From: Candidatus Methylomirabilis limnetica
GTDB lineage: Bacteria > Methylomirabilota > Methylomirabilia > Methylomirabilales > Methylomirabilaceae
Assembly (NCBI RefSeq): GCF_003044035.1
Contig: NZ_NVQC01000008.1
Coordinates: forward strand, 60,001-92,000
Length of the DNA: 32,000 bases
Reading direction: 5' to 3'
Shown here piece by piece: positions 7,979 to 17,385 of this stretch. The translations under genes were made by a program, and so were the position numbers. Positions within the stretch are counted from its first letter, which is position 1. The number at the start of each line of letters is the position of its first letter. The notes under the pieces are model-generated. The model searched no databases and was not told the DNA's origin. It saw only the letters and a program-made list of their open reading frames with translations.

Positions 7979-8209
7979 GTGGTGTCTGCGTTCGTCTTCC
8001 TTGAGTGTACAGCAGGTCGGTCCAAAGATGTGGCCAAGCAGATATCCAGCATTCCCGGGGTGAGGCTCTCTCATGCCGTGACCGGTCCACACGACATCAT
8101 CGCCTTTGTGGAGGGATCCGATATCAACACGTTAGGGATCACGATCATCTCAAAGATCCAGGCGGTGTCCGGGGTGCTTCACACCACTACGAACGTCGTC
8201 ATAGAGTAA
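7979..8209 (+). CDS. Stand-alone Lrp/AsnC-type ligand-binding (RAM) domain protein
   Basis: 76 aa. 'AFVFLECTAGRSKDVAKQISSIPGVRLSHAVTGPHDIIAFVEG' matches the AsnC_trans_reg fold pattern. GTG start with a G-rich SD (GGAAGGGGGG) upstream. Confidence 0.7.
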   Translation: MVSAFVFLECTAGRSKDVAKQISSIPGVRLSHAVTGPHDIIAFVEGSDINTLGITIISKIQAVSGVLHTTTNVVIE

Positions 8210-8437
8210 CATCTTCCATTAATCGCCATCGCTCCTCTCCGTCTTGCCCCCTCTGCCAATCGATCAAATTATGGCATCGATAGCTAAACGTCAGAAAAGA
8301 CTTGACAAGCCCAGTATTCGCCATCTAGAGTTACGTACGGTGGCATCAAAGACAGATCGGGGTGAATCATCCAATCAACAACTGCCGATGACGGCAGCGG
8401 CGGGCAACGAAGCCCACGGAGCCTATGGAGTCGATCT

Positions 8438-8671
8438 ATGACGGTAGAGAGGCGTGCGCAGAAGCAGGAGAAACGGCCAACGATCATGACCCTGGAGGAG
8501 GTGGCTCGCTTCCTCCGACTCAACAAATCGACAATCTACCGGATGGCGCGGGAGGGGACGCTCCCGGCTTGGAAGTTAGGGAACGTCTGGCGATTCAAGA
8601 AAGAAGCCATCGAAGACTGGATCGTCGAAAGCCAGCGTGACCACGATAAAAAGCATCACGGTAAATCCTAG
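8438..8671 (+). CDS. Excisionase-family / MerR-like helix-turn-helix DNA-binding protein
   Basis: 'MTLEEVARFLRLNKSTIYRMAREGTLPAWKLGNVWRFKKEAIEDWI' is the canonical HTH_17/excisionase-family signature. The start could be the ATG at 8438 or the internal ATG at 8486. Confidence 0.75.
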   Translation: MTVERRAQKQEKRPTIMTLEEVARFLRLNKSTIYRMAREGTLPAWKLGNVWRFKKEAIEDWIVESQRDHDKKHHGKS

Positions 8672-8907
8672 GTTGCCGTATGGGGCGGGAACAGCCTGCG
8701 CCTGCCCATTTACATCGGAGTCAGGCAGACTCGAAGGATCCCTGCTGTTATCGACCCATTGACTGGGCCGCACTCTGGCGGCCAGCCTTGCTCTCTCATC
8801 GCCACGTTACTCTTGACCGCCTTGCCCATTCGACCAGTCATCCCTACGACGCTACCAAACAGCACGCATAGGCACTGAGCCTTCAGTCCGTACAGACCGG
8901 TTGCTTC

Positions 8908-8964
8908 GAAAATCCCCCCACCCGTCCCCTCCCCCTCCGAGGGGGGAGGGTTGGGGAGGGGGTG
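8908..8964 (+). repeat. G/C-rich palindromic repeat element, copy 2 (intergenic)
   Basis: 'gaaaatccccccacccgtcccctccccctccgaggggggagggttggggagggggtg'. Same family as 7065..7122, in the opposite orientation. Confidence 0.75.
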
Positions 8965-9109
8965 CGCCGCAGGCTTATGAGGTATTGCTTTGTCAATGCC
9001 AATCCCCCGGTATCCGTGGTAGGGTGTTTGGCGGGGGCAAGTGGCAGGGTCGGCTTGTCACCACATAAGAAATCAGTTAGCATGCCTTCACAGAAGAAGA
9101 GGTTGCAGC

Positions 9110-10327
9110 ATGCCGGGGAGATCCGAAAGGCGAGGAAAGGACAGCGCATCGGAGCTGGAAGAGCTCAGGCGGCGTTGCGAGGAGCTCAGCGCCTCGGTCG
9201 AGTCGATGCGAGCCTATCACGAGGATCTACTGGGAAGCCTGCAAGACGGCATTATCATTGTCGAGCCGGACGGACGTATCCGCTCAATCAATCAAGCAGC
9301 GGAGGAGCTGGCCAGACTATCGGCCCAGATATTTCACGGCAGGCCCTTCGAGCAGATATTTCCGAATGATCGCTCGCTGCAGGAGTTGGTACGGAAGACC
9401 ATGGAGAGCGGCCGGACCCATACTGACTTCGATGCCAGGCTGACGAGACAGGATGGCTCGCAGGTGGTTATCAGCGCCGTTGCCTCCCTCATCAGTGATG
9501 GCATGGGACAGGCGCGGGGCATGGTCCTGGCGCTCCGGGATCAGACAGGGATCAGGGAGCTTGAGGAGCGCCTATCGCGATCAGACCGCCTGGCAGCTCT
9601 CGGTACGGTTGCCACAGGGGTGGCCCACGAGATCCGAAATCCGCTGGCCGGCCTCAGGGGGGCGGCCCAGTTGCTCGAAGGCGAACGTGATTTTCCCCCC
9701 GCGCTTACAGAGTACACCTCGGTCATCATTAAAGAGGTTGATCGGCTAGGCGCGATCGTCGAGCAGCTTCTATCGTTTGCCACGCCACGAGGCCCAGTCC
9801 TTCGTTCATGCAATCTGCACGAGATCCTCGATAGCGTCCTCTTTTTAGAGCGGGCGCCGCTGTGCGCTGCCAATATCACTGTTCAGCGTCAGTACGACCC
9901 CCAGCTCCCTGAAATCCTCGCTGATCCCTCTGAAATTCGACAGCTCTTTCTGAACCTGATCTGTAATGGGGTAGAGGCGATGCCAGGCGGAGGTGAACTC
10001 ACCGTTCTAACATGGTATGAGCGGTCTGCCAAGCGTTGCGGGGGCCGATCGGTGGCCGTGGCCGATATTATCGATCAGGGAAGCGGGTTCGATCCTGAGA
10101 TCGAGCGCCACCTGTTCACCCCTTTCTTCACCACAAAAGAAAGGGGGACCGGGTTGGGGTTGGCCATCTGTCTCCGGATCGTGGAGGACCATGGCGGGGC
10201 CATGGAGGCGACAAGCTTAGCAGGCAGGGGCAGCAGGTTTCGAGTATGGCTTCCCTTGGCGAAGCAACCCGAAGCCGTGTTACCTCATGATGAACCTCAA
10301 CGAACCACGCAAGGTGTCAGGCCATGA
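9110..10327 (+). CDS. Cytoplasmic PAS-domain sensor histidine kinase (NtrB/AtoS-like)
   Basis: PAS segment (LLGSLQDGIIIVEPDGRIRSINQAAEEL), H-box 'HEIRNPLAGL', N box 'LNLICNGVEAM', G boxes 'DQGSGF' and 'GTGLGLAI'. No TM segments. I prefer the ATG at 9110 (SD GAAGAAGAGG upstream) over the ORF-track start at 9041. Confidence 0.85.
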   Translation: MPGRSERRGKDSASELEELRRRCEELSASVESMRAYHEDLLGSLQDGIIIVEPDGRIRSINQAAEELARLSAQIFHGRPFEQIFPNDRSLQELVRKTMESGRTHTDFDARLTRQDGSQVVISAVASLISDGMGQARGMVLALRDQTGIRELEERLSRSDRLAALGTVATGVAHEIRNPLAGLRGAAQLLEGERDFPPALTEYTSVIIKEVDRLGAIVEQLLSFATPRGPVLRSCNLHEILDSVLFLERAPLCAANITVQRQYDPQLPEILADPSEIRQLFLNLICNGVEAMPGGGELTVLTWYERSAKRCGGRSVAVADIIDQGSGFDPEIERHLFTPFFTTKERGTGLGLAICLRIVEDHGGAMEATSLAGRGSRFRVWLPLAKQPEAVLPHDEPQRTTQGVRP

Positions 10328-11787
10328 TCGAGACACGACAGATCCTCGTGGTTGATGACGAAGAAAGCATCCGTTGGACCATGCGCAAGGCGCTTGAGCG
10401 CGAGGGGTATCGGGTTGTACTGGCCGCCGATGGGGTGGAAGGGCTCACGCGGGCTACAGACCCGAGCATCGACCTTGTTCTCATGGATATCAAGATGCCG
10501 GGCGCAGACGGACTGGAGACCCTCAGCAGGATCAAAGAAGCCCGCCCCGAACTTCCCGTCATCATCATGACCGCCTTTGCCACACTCCAGGCTGCGGTCC
10601 AGGCGATGAAGCGCGGGGCCTACGACTACATTACCAAGCCGTTTGACTTCGGTGAGCTCTCGATTCTAGTGCGGCGAGTCTTCGAGATCCGTGAGCTCAC
10701 CGAGCGGGTGGCGCAGATGGAGGCCTTCGGCGGCCGGCCTTTTGACTTCGAGGGCGTGGTAGGCCTCTGCCCGGCCATGCAGCAGATCTTCAAGCTGGTG
10801 GGAAAGATGGCCGCCAGCGACTTGACGGTTCTCATCAGGGGGGAGAGTGGCACCGGCAAGGAGCTGCTGGCTAAAGCGATTCATTACAACAGCCGACGCT
10901 CTGCGCGTCCGTTTGTGGCCATCAACTGCGCTGCCATCCCTCGTGATCTCCTGGAAAGCGAGCTGTTCGGCCATGAGCGTGGGGCCTTTACGGGAGCCAG
11001 CGCCCTTCGACGCGGCAAGTTCGAGCTTGCCGAGGGCGGGACGATCTTCCTCGATGAGATCGGGGACATGGATATTGGCCTACAAGCCAAAATCCTGCGT
11101 GTGCTCCAAGAGCGGCAATTCGAGCGGGTGGGGGGCGAACGGCCGCTGTCTGCAGATGTGAGGGTCATCGCTGCCACCAACCAGAATCTGGAGACCGCCG
11201 TCGCGCAGAAGAGCTTTCGAGAAGACCTCTACTACCGCCTGAACGTCGTGGCCATCAACCTCCCTCTGCTCGGCGAGCGAAGCGAGGACATCCCCCTGCT
11301 TGTGAACCACTTCCTCCACCTGTTTGCAGAAGAACAGAGGCAGGAACCAAAGACCGTCTCTCTAGAGGCGCTCGAGTTGATGCTCGCTTATCGCTGGCCT
11401 GGAAATGTTCGCGAGCTGGAGAATGTTGTAAAGCGGGCCTGCGTGCTTGCCCCGACCTCTCTAATCCTGCCGGAGCATTTGCCTGCCGCTCTCCTGCACG
11501 TAGAGGAGATCGGCGCTGCCGGCGGCAGATCGTCCTTTGATCGGATGCTGTCTCAAGGGATCACGGGCGAGCTTTCCCGTCTGAAACAGGAACGAGACGG
11601 ACAGATCTATTCGTACTTCCTTGCCACGCTGGAGCGACCGCTGCTTTTGCGCGTCATGGAGAGGACCGGCGGAAACCAGCTTCGGGCGGCCGAGTTGCTC
11701 GGGATCAATCGCAATACGCTCCGGAAGAAACTCCGCGAGCTTGGAATTACGCCTGTCCGCGGCGACGAAGAAAAGACGGACCGGTGA
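10324..11787 (+). CDS. Sigma-54-dependent response regulator (NtrC family: REC + AAA+ + Fis-type HTH)
   Basis: Receiver 'LVLMDIKMPGADG', Walker A 'GESGTGKE', sigma-54 contact loop 'GAFTGA', C-terminal 'GGNQLRAAELLGINRNTLRKKLRELGI'. ATGA overlap with the kinase stop. Confidence 0.93.
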   Translation: MIETRQILVVDDEESIRWTMRKALEREGYRVVLAADGVEGLTRATDPSIDLVLMDIKMPGADGLETLSRIKEARPELPVIIMTAFATLQAAVQAMKRGAYDYITKPFDFGELSILVRRVFEIRELTERVAQMEAFGGRPFDFEGVVGLCPAMQQIFKLVGKMAASDLTVLIRGESGTGKELLAKAIHYNSRRSARPFVAINCAAIPRDLLESELFGHERGAFTGASALRRGKFELAEGGTIFLDEIGDMDIGLQAKILRVLQERQFERVGGERPLSADVRVIAATNQNLETAVAQKSFREDLYYRLNVVAINLPLLGERSEDIPLLVNHFLHLFAEEQRQEPKTVSLEALELMLAYRWPGNVRELENVVKRACVLAPTSLILPEHLPAALLHVEEIGAAGGRSSFDRMLSQGITGELSRLKQERDGQIYSYFLATLERPLLLRVMERTGGNQLRAAELLGINRNTLRKKLRELGITPVRGDEEKTDR

Positions 11788-11828
11788 AGGTCCTTCGCGG
11801 GCTGTGGAGCTCCGATGTGCACGGTGAT

Positions 11829-12767
11829 TCAGTGGCGTGAGCGACCTTTGGTCGGCTGCGGCTGGCCTGTAGATGCCAATACCGCCTCGGCCGAGGTGAG
11901 GAGGAACGCTTTGAAAGCGATCGCTGCTCGGCTGAGATGCTTGTCTTCCCGGTGTACCACAAACCACTGCCGACGCAGGGGAAGGCCGGCAACATCCAGT
12001 ATGACCAGACGCTTGAGCGTGAGCTCCATGCGAAGGGCATGATGGGATAGGAGCGCGATCCCGAGTCCAGCGGCCACAGCCTCCTTCACGGCGCTATTAT
12101 CCCCCAGTTCCAACCCGACCCGCAGCTTCACCCCATGGTGGCGGAAGAATTCATCGGCATTGAGACGGGTTCCGGAGCCCACCTCGCGCGCGATAAAGAC
12201 CTCCCGGGCCAGGTGATCCACTGAAATCCGCTTGGCCGTTGCGAGCGGATGAGATGGGGCGGCGATAACTACGATCTCGTCAGCGAGAAACGGCTCGGCC
12301 ACATGCGGAACTTCCTCTGGAGGACGCCCCATGACGACGAGGTCAACCTCATTGTGCAGGAGGCGTTCTCGCGCAAGCGCGCGGTTGGTGACCTCCAGGT
12401 TGATACTAATACCAGGATATCGCTTCTGAAAAGCCCCGAGCAAGGAGGGCAGGACATAGGCGCCGGCAGTGCTCACGGCGGCGACGGCAATTCGTCCGCG
12501 CTTCAGACCGTCGAGCTCTTCCATCGCAAGTCTGGCTTCGTCGATCAGCGCACAGATCCTTTCGGCGTATACCAGGAGTTCCTTGCCCGCCTCGGTAAGG
12601 ACGATGGTCCGGCCAACCCGCTCGAAGAAGGTCGCATCGAGGGCCCGCTCCAGTTCCCGAACCTGCGCCGAGACGGCAGGCTGGGTCAGGAGCAGCTCCT
12701 CGGCCGCGCGGGAGTAGCTGCTGTGCCTGGCGACCGCCAGAAAGACGCGAAGCTGATGAAATGTCAT
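11829..12767 (-). CDS. LysR-family transcriptional regulator
   Basis: 312 aa. N-terminal wHTH 'LRVFLAVARHSSYSRAAEELLLTQPAVSAQVRELE' followed by a LysR substrate-binding domain. Confidence 0.9.
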   Translation of the reverse strand: MTFHQLRVFLAVARHSSYSRAAEELLLTQPAVSAQVRELERALDATFFERVGRTIVLTEAGKELLVYAERICALIDEARLAMEELDGLKRGRIAVAAVSTAGAYVLPSLLGAFQKRYPGISINLEVTNRALARERLLHNEVDLVVMGRPPEEVPHVAEPFLADEIVVIAAPSHPLATAKRISVDHLAREVFIAREVGSGTRLNADEFFRHHGVKLRVGLELGDNSAVKEAVAAGLGIALLSHHALRMELTLKRLVILDVAGLPLRRQWFVVHREDKHLSRAAIAFKAFLLTSAEAVLASTGQPQPTKGRSRH

Positions 12768-12984
12768 AATGATTATTCCTATTGTCGTTCTTACGTGCGA
12801 TTATAAACAATTGTCCATAGATATTTCACAAATTTCTTATTTGACTTTATACTGAGAGCGTTGCACACTGCGTAATAGCTTGGCGAATATCGTGAAGCCG
12901 CGATGGCTTCGCACCTGACTCTTGAGGCGTAGTGCATGATTGGATGTGTGGTTACGGGACGTAGTCGAAAGGGTCTGGATTGAC

Positions 12985-13884
12985 ATGACCGAATCGGTAG
13001 TGCATTGGACGGAGTTCCATGACCTCGTCCTCCACGCGAGGGGGAAGGTTCGAGATATCTATGACTTTGGCGATAGCCTCCTGTTGGTAGCGACAGACCG
13101 GATTTCTGCGTTCGATGTTGTCTTACCGACAGCCATACCAGGGAAGGGAAGGGTCCTCACCGCACTCTCGGCGTTTTGGTTTCAGATGACAGCGGATCTG
13201 ACGCCGAACCACCTTATCACCACGGATGTGGAAGCTTACCCGAAGGCCTGTCAGCCCTACCGGGAGACGCTTGCGGGGCGGAGCATGCTGGTCAGGAAGA
13301 CGAAACCCCTCCCTATTGAGTGCATTGTCCGGGGCTACCTCTCTGGATCGGGCTGGGCAGAGTACCAAAAGACTGGTGCTGTCTGCGGCATCTCGCTGCC
13401 GGCCGGCCTCTTGGAGTCCTGCCGTCTCGACCCGCCTCTCTTCACGCCTTCCACAAAGGCGGAGCAGGGGGCGCATGATGTCAACATTACATTTGACGAG
13501 GCAGCGGCTCAGCTTGGCCTGGAGCTGGCCGAACGGGTGCGGGACTTGAGTCTGGCCCTGTACGAGCGGGCTCGGGCGTATGCCTTGGAACGGGGGATCA
13601 TCATCGCCGACACGAAATTCGAATTTGGATTGCTTGACGGCAACCTCATCTTCATTGACGAGGTACTCACCCCTGACTCCTCCCGTTTCTGGCCTTGCGA
13701 CACCTACACGCCAGGGCGATCCCAACCGAGCTACGACAAGCAGTTTGTGCGGGACTACTTGAAGTCGATCGCCTGGGAGATGAAGGCGCCAGGCCCTGAG
13801 CTGCCGCCGGAGATCGTCGCGCGGACGAGTGCCAAGTACCAGGAAGCCCTGATACAGCTCACTGGAGCCGATCTTTCGTCATGA
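12985..13884 (+). CDS. purC: Phosphoribosylaminoimidazole-succinocarboxamide (SAICAR) synthase
   Basis: '[26 protein letters not shown]', 'IADTKFEFG' and '[12 protein letters not shown]' are PurC signatures (long form). I prefer the ATG at 12985 over the TTG at 12940 given in the ORF track. Confidence 0.9.
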   Translation: MTESVVHWTEFHDLVLHARGKVRDIYDFGDSLLLVATDRISAFDVVLPTAIPGKGRVLTALSAFWFQMTADLTPNHLITTDVEAYPKACQPYRETLAGRSMLVRKTKPLPIECIVRGYLSGSGWAEYQKTGAVCGISLPAGLLESCRLDPPLFTPSTKAEQGAHDVNITFDEAAAQLGLELAERVRDLSLALYERARAYALERGIIIADTKFEFGLLDGNLIFIDEVLTPDSSRFWPCDTYTPGRSQPSYDKQFVRDYLKSIAWEMKAPGPELPPEIVARTSAKYQEALIQLTGADLSS

Positions 13885-13900
13885 GGAGAGGCATCGGCTG

Positions 13901-14170
13901 ATGTATGGCTTCATGATCACCACGCTGAAACAGGCCAGGCGCGTTGTCGTCATTGTAGTCGGCTTCACTGTTCTGGTGCTTGGGGTCGTGCTCATCGTAC
14001 TGCCCGGACCTGCCGTTCTGGTCATCCCGCTCGGCCTGGCAATCCTGGCCACTGAGTTCGTCTGGGCCAGAAGACTCCTCGTTCGGTTTAGGTGGAAGAC
14101 GAGGCAGTTGAAGAATACCATTTCCAGAAAAGTGCAGGGTGATCGTCAAGAGAATTCACGATCCATGTGA
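13901..14170 (+). CDS. Small two-TM membrane protein, PGPGW-type
   Basis: 89 aa. 'VLIVLPGPAVLVIPLGLAILATEFVWARR' resembles the PGPGW transmembrane family motif. It lies 17 nt downstream of purC. Confidence 0.6.
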   Translation: MYGFMITTLKQARRVVVIVVGFTVLVLGVVLIVLPGPAVLVIPLGLAILATEFVWARRLLVRFRWKTRQLKNTISRKVQGDRQENSRSM

Positions 14171-14218
14171 TCGCCTTCCTACCTGCTATGCACCGTCTAC
14201 TCTTGTGCTATACCGAAC

Positions 14219-14446
14219 GGTAACTACCCAGGCGTTTAGACTGAAGGCCGAAGGCTGAAGGCTCTACATCAGCTCGCACGGCACGAATTGCGTCAGTCAC
14301 GACCTTCTGTGTCTCCGGGCTGCGGTCCACTCAGAGAGGAATCCTCATTGGGCAAGAAGCCCATACGCTTCGATGTCTTGCGACTGCATCGTGTTACCCC
14401 TAACAGCCTTCAGTCATCAGCCTATCTACCTTACTGAGTAGTTACC
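14219..14446. repeat. MITE-like non-coding element bounded by 13-bp terminal inverted repeats
   Basis: Left end 'ggtaactacccag' (14219-14231). The right end 'ctgagtagttacc' (14434-14446) has reverse complement 'ggtaactactcag', a 12/13 match. The subterminal 'ctgaaggccgaaggctgaaggct' is partly complementary to 'agccttcagtcatcagcct'. No ORF. Confidence 0.45.
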
Positions 14447-14513
14447 AATATCCTTCATGAATAGAGACAGTAATGAGTTTCTTTTCTGAGGCGAAACGAG
14501 GGAAGGGTGAGGG

Positions 14514-15530
14514 ATGGAACGACAGATGAGGATGATGGCCTTGCTCGTTGGCCTTGCACTCATCGCACCTCGATTAAGCTGGAGCGAAGCTCACACCGCA
14601 CTCGATAAAAGGTTTTCCGCCCTATTGGGACAGGCCCGGTCGATACGTGACAAGGAAGAGCAGACCCAATCGCTTTCCGGCATCGGAAAGATGATGTGTC
14701 TGTCGTTTCCCAAAGAACCAGGGATTCGAGTGCTTCAGGAAGCCCTTGCCCTCTCGCGAACCCTTACCTCACCGATAGCCCGTTCCATGCAGCAGTACTG
14801 GGTTGCCGCCTGGCTTGCAGGAGAATGCGGCGAGATAGATGAGGCGATCCGTATTGCGCAGAGCATCGACGATCTCAATCAGCGCGTGGGTGCCATCCAA
14901 GCCATAGAGAAGATTCGAAAAGAGGCAGAGAAAGAGAGCGTCAACGCCACGCGCCATCAAGAAGAAGAAATGCGACGCGCGCTGGAGCAAGGGCCGCCTT
15001 TCCTCGTAACCGTTGAGAATGTTGATGACGAAGGTAGCGTCAAAAGCTTTGCTCACGGATTTATCGCGGACCCTCGCGGGTATGTGCTTACAAACGCGCA
15101 TCTGGACAAGGGGGGCAGCATACGGGTCACGCACCTTGGTAAGGAGTACAATGCCGACATCGTAAGGCGGCTTGGGAGTTCCGACATACTCCTTCTCCGA
15201 TTACAGGGTGCTGCTCGATCACTTCCGGTAGCCACCCTAGCCGATCGACCGGAGCTCCTCCAGAACGAAACGGTTATTGGTACCGTGTGCGGTCCAGTCG
15301 GGGGCATTCGAAGAAGGGTCGGGATCTTCGAAAAATCACTGAATGGTGGGCAGGCATTCAGCGCGGACTTTCAATCCGACGGCATTGAACAAGGCTGCAG
15401 CGGGGCCCCCCTCCTCAACGCAAAGCGTGAGGTGATCGGGATGGTGTATGGGGTGTCTCCCAATGATCGATTTGGCTTCGCGAAACCCAGCACCGAACTC
15501 CGCAAAATCCTTGATAAGGCCTTGAAGTAA
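14514..15530 (+). CDS. Secreted trypsin-like (S1/Trypsin_2) serine protease with an unknown helical N-terminal domain
   Basis: Signal peptide 'MRMMALLVGLALIAPRLSWSEA'. Catalytic triad context 'LTNAHL', 'SDILLLRL', 'GCSGAPLLN'. About 150 aa of the N-terminal region has no motif I recognise. Confidence 0.75.
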   Translation: MERQMRMMALLVGLALIAPRLSWSEAHTALDKRFSALLGQARSIRDKEEQTQSLSGIGKMMCLSFPKEPGIRVLQEALALSRTLTSPIARSMQQYWVAAWLAGECGEIDEAIRIAQSIDDLNQRVGAIQAIEKIRKEAEKESVNATRHQEEEMRRALEQGPPFLVTVENVDDEGSVKSFAHGFIADPRGYVLTNAHLDKGGSIRVTHLGKEYNADIVRRLGSSDILLLRLQGAARSLPVATLADRPELLQNETVIGTVCGPVGGIRRRVGIFEKSLNGGQAFSADFQSDGIEQGCSGAPLLNAKREVIGMVYGVSPNDRFGFAKPSTELRKILDKALK

Positions 15531-15532
15531 AG

Positions 15533-15562
15533 GTAGATGGTTGCCGCTGCTGAGCCATCTAC
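15533..15562 (+). terminator. Hairpin just after the protease stop
   Basis: GTAGATGG-(14 nt)-CCATCTAC. No U-tract, so this is weak. Confidence 0.3.
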
Positions 15563-15767
15563 TGGGGACAGGCAATACAGGAGACGGAGCGTTCAGATGT
15601 TAGTCACCGAGCCATGCCGGAGGGATGAGAAGCGGTGAGAGCAGGGGAGACAGGTCGGGCCCACCCCTTGGTGCGGCCTGACGTTGTACGTATAAGCCTA
15701 CGGCACAGTGACTCGAGTGATAAGCTGGGCACTTCAGGTCGAGATCAGAATACACCCGTACCCTGGC

Positions 15768-16709
15768 TCAGCGGGCCTTGCTTTTAGAGCGAGGGGCCGA
15801 CCGCCTCACTCGCTTACCCTTGTAATGGAACGTATCCTCAAGGTTCCCGTTTGGATCCTTGAGAAAGGCGGTGTCTTCGCTCGGATCCCACACTGGGCCC
15901 TGCGTGGACCAATGCACGACCAGTTGTCCCTTCGCAGCAACTCCATCCGTTCCACTTCCGTTGGACACGATGACCGTGTAACCCGGGTCCACGCTCACAT
16001 CAGGGAAGACGTATCTCTGTCCCGCCTCATTCGATAACACATAGCCGACCAGATTGATAGTGGCGTTGCTGAGATTGGCGATGCGAACGTAGGAGGGGTA
16101 CTGGTCGTCTTGAGTGGGATCAACAGGGTGCACGGTGGTGATTTTTAGGTCTCTGGCGCGACCTCGTGCAGACCACATACCGACCTTGTGTTGTTGCGCC
16201 TCGGCTTGGAGTCGAAGGAGCAGGGCGTGATGCTTCCGATTAGGTCCTATAAAGAAGGCCTGCGCCAAGCCCTCCTGAACCAACCTGGCATTGACCATCT
16301 CGTTGCCCGCAAAGACATAGGCCAGGACGCGGCCGTAACTGTCGGTTCTCTCCTGATCGAACTCCAAACGGATTTCCCGTCCCATGACGAGCGATTCGTT
16401 GAGCCGTTTGGCCTTCAAATAGAATGGCTCCTGAAATTCGGGCGAGTTGATGCCCAGATACCGAACTTTACGGCCATCTTCGAGAAGAATGGTATCCCCA
16501 TCGTAGACCCGCTTGACCTGGACGAGTTCATCTGCGACTACTGGAGCGGCGATTGCCACCGCGCCCTGACCACGTTCGTCCTTTGTATAGGCGCTACTAC
16601 AAGAAGTGCAGGACAGCACCCCGATGAGTACCAACACCGGTAGCCATAGGCGGCGCCAGCTCATTTGCCATGTACTCGACCGATCAATCCATTTCGACGT
16701 ATGTCTCAT
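15768..16709 (-). CDS. Lipoprotein thermonuclease (SNase) fused to a lamin-tail domain (LTD)
   Basis: SNase core 'VKRVYDGDTILLEDGRKVRYLGINSPE...YGRVLAYVF...VNARLVQEGLA'. C-terminal LTD-like 'VRIANLSNATINLVGYVLSNEAGQRYVFP...VIVSNGSG'. The lipobox 'LIGVLSC' suggests the true start may be the ATG at 16664 (MSWRRLWLPVLV...). Confidence 0.8.
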   Translation of the reverse strand: MRHTSKWIDRSSTWQMSWRRLWLPVLVLIGVLSCTSCSSAYTKDERGQGAVAIAAPVVADELVQVKRVYDGDTILLEDGRKVRYLGINSPEFQEPFYLKAKRLNESLVMGREIRLEFDQERTDSYGRVLAYVFAGNEMVNARLVQEGLAQAFFIGPNRKHHALLLRLQAEAQQHKVGMWSARGRARDLKITTVHPVDPTQDDQYPSYVRIANLSNATINLVGYVLSNEAGQRYVFPDVSVDPGYTVIVSNGSGTDGVAAKGQLVVHWSTQGPVWDPSEDTAFLKDPNGNLEDTFHYKGKRVRRSAPRSKSKAR

Positions 16710-16760
16710 ACCTGATTGTGGTTTAGTGGAAGGGGATGCAGGGACGGCGGCACGAAAACC

Positions 16761-17060
16761 TCAAATATGCGCCAACTCGATAACTACCTTCAGTTGCCGG
16801 CCCATAGCCGCCTCGGCGGTTTTCAGGTCATAGGTCGCTTGCAAGTTGAGCCAATATTGCGGCGACTGACCGAACGCCCGGCCGAACAATAACGCCAATT
16901 CCGCCGTCACCGGGCGCGCACAGTTTACAACATGGGACACCCGCATAGGAGAAACGCCAATGGCACGAGCGAACTGCGCTTGAGAAATGTCCAGTTCATC
17001 GAGTATTTCGCGCAGGAACTCTCCCGGATGCATGGGCAGTAAACCGTTCTTCAACATCAT
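16761..17060 (-). CDS. higA: HigA-family antitoxin (XRE-type HTH)
   Basis: 'HPGEFLREILDELDISQAQFARAIGVSPMRVSHVVNCARPVTAELALLFGRAFGQSPQYWLNLQATYDL' is the canonical HigA/VapI pattern. It lies 9 nt downstream of higB. Confidence 0.88.
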   Translation of the reverse strand: MMLKNGLLPMHPGEFLREILDELDISQAQFARAIGVSPMRVSHVVNCARPVTAELALLFGRAFGQSPQYWLNLQATYDLKTAEAAMGRQLKVVIELAHI

Positions 17061-17069
17061 AACCTCCTG

Positions 17070-17351
17070 TCAGTGATAGTCTACAATCTCGACATCGAAC
17101 GCATCGCCGCTCTCGAAGCGGAAGCACACGCGCCATCGGTCATTAATGCGGATGCTCCATTGGCCGGCGCGGTCATGCTTCAAGGCTTCCAACCGGTTCG
17201 AAGGCGGTAAGCGCAAGTCTTCAATCCGAGTCGCGCCATTCAATTGCGTAAGACGCATCGCAGATCGCATCTGAATGGCCGGAGGAAAGCGGCGCGATTT
17301 GCCTGTCGCGTAGAAGCGTTTGGTCTCGGCATCAGTGAAAGATCGAATCAC
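17070..17351 (-). CDS. higB: HigB-family toxin (RelE/ParE superfamily mRNA interferase)
   Basis: 'IRSFTDAETKRFY...RLEALKHDRAGQWSIRINDRWRVCFRFESGDAFDVEIVDYH' matches the HigB 'killer protein' family. Family length (~92 aa) favours the GTG at 17351 rather than the ATG at 17390. Confidence 0.82.
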   Translation of the reverse strand: MIRSFTDAETKRFYATGKSRRFPPAIQMRSAMRLTQLNGATRIEDLRLPPSNRLEALKHDRAGQWSIRINDRWRVCFRFESGDAFDVEIVDYH

Positions 17352-17385
17352 GACACAAACGTAAACTATTAGTTTATGTTTGTCA
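17352..17385 (-). promoter_or_regulatory. Putative higBA promoter with embedded perfect palindromic operator
   Basis: The - strand reads TTGACA-N17-TACGTT, ending 6 nt before the GTG. The perfect palindrome TAAACTAaTAGTTTA (17362-17376) lies between the -35 and -10. Confidence 0.4.

Noticed and set aside
8244-8441. 65-aa ORF whose stop overlaps the ATG at 8438 of the excisionase-like HTH gene (ATGA), which could be a coupled partner.
   Set aside because: It has no SD and no recognisable fold. A sigma-70-like TTGACA-N18-TAGAGT lies inside it (8301-8330) and would more simply serve as the HTH gene's promoter. I kept it only as a remote possibility.
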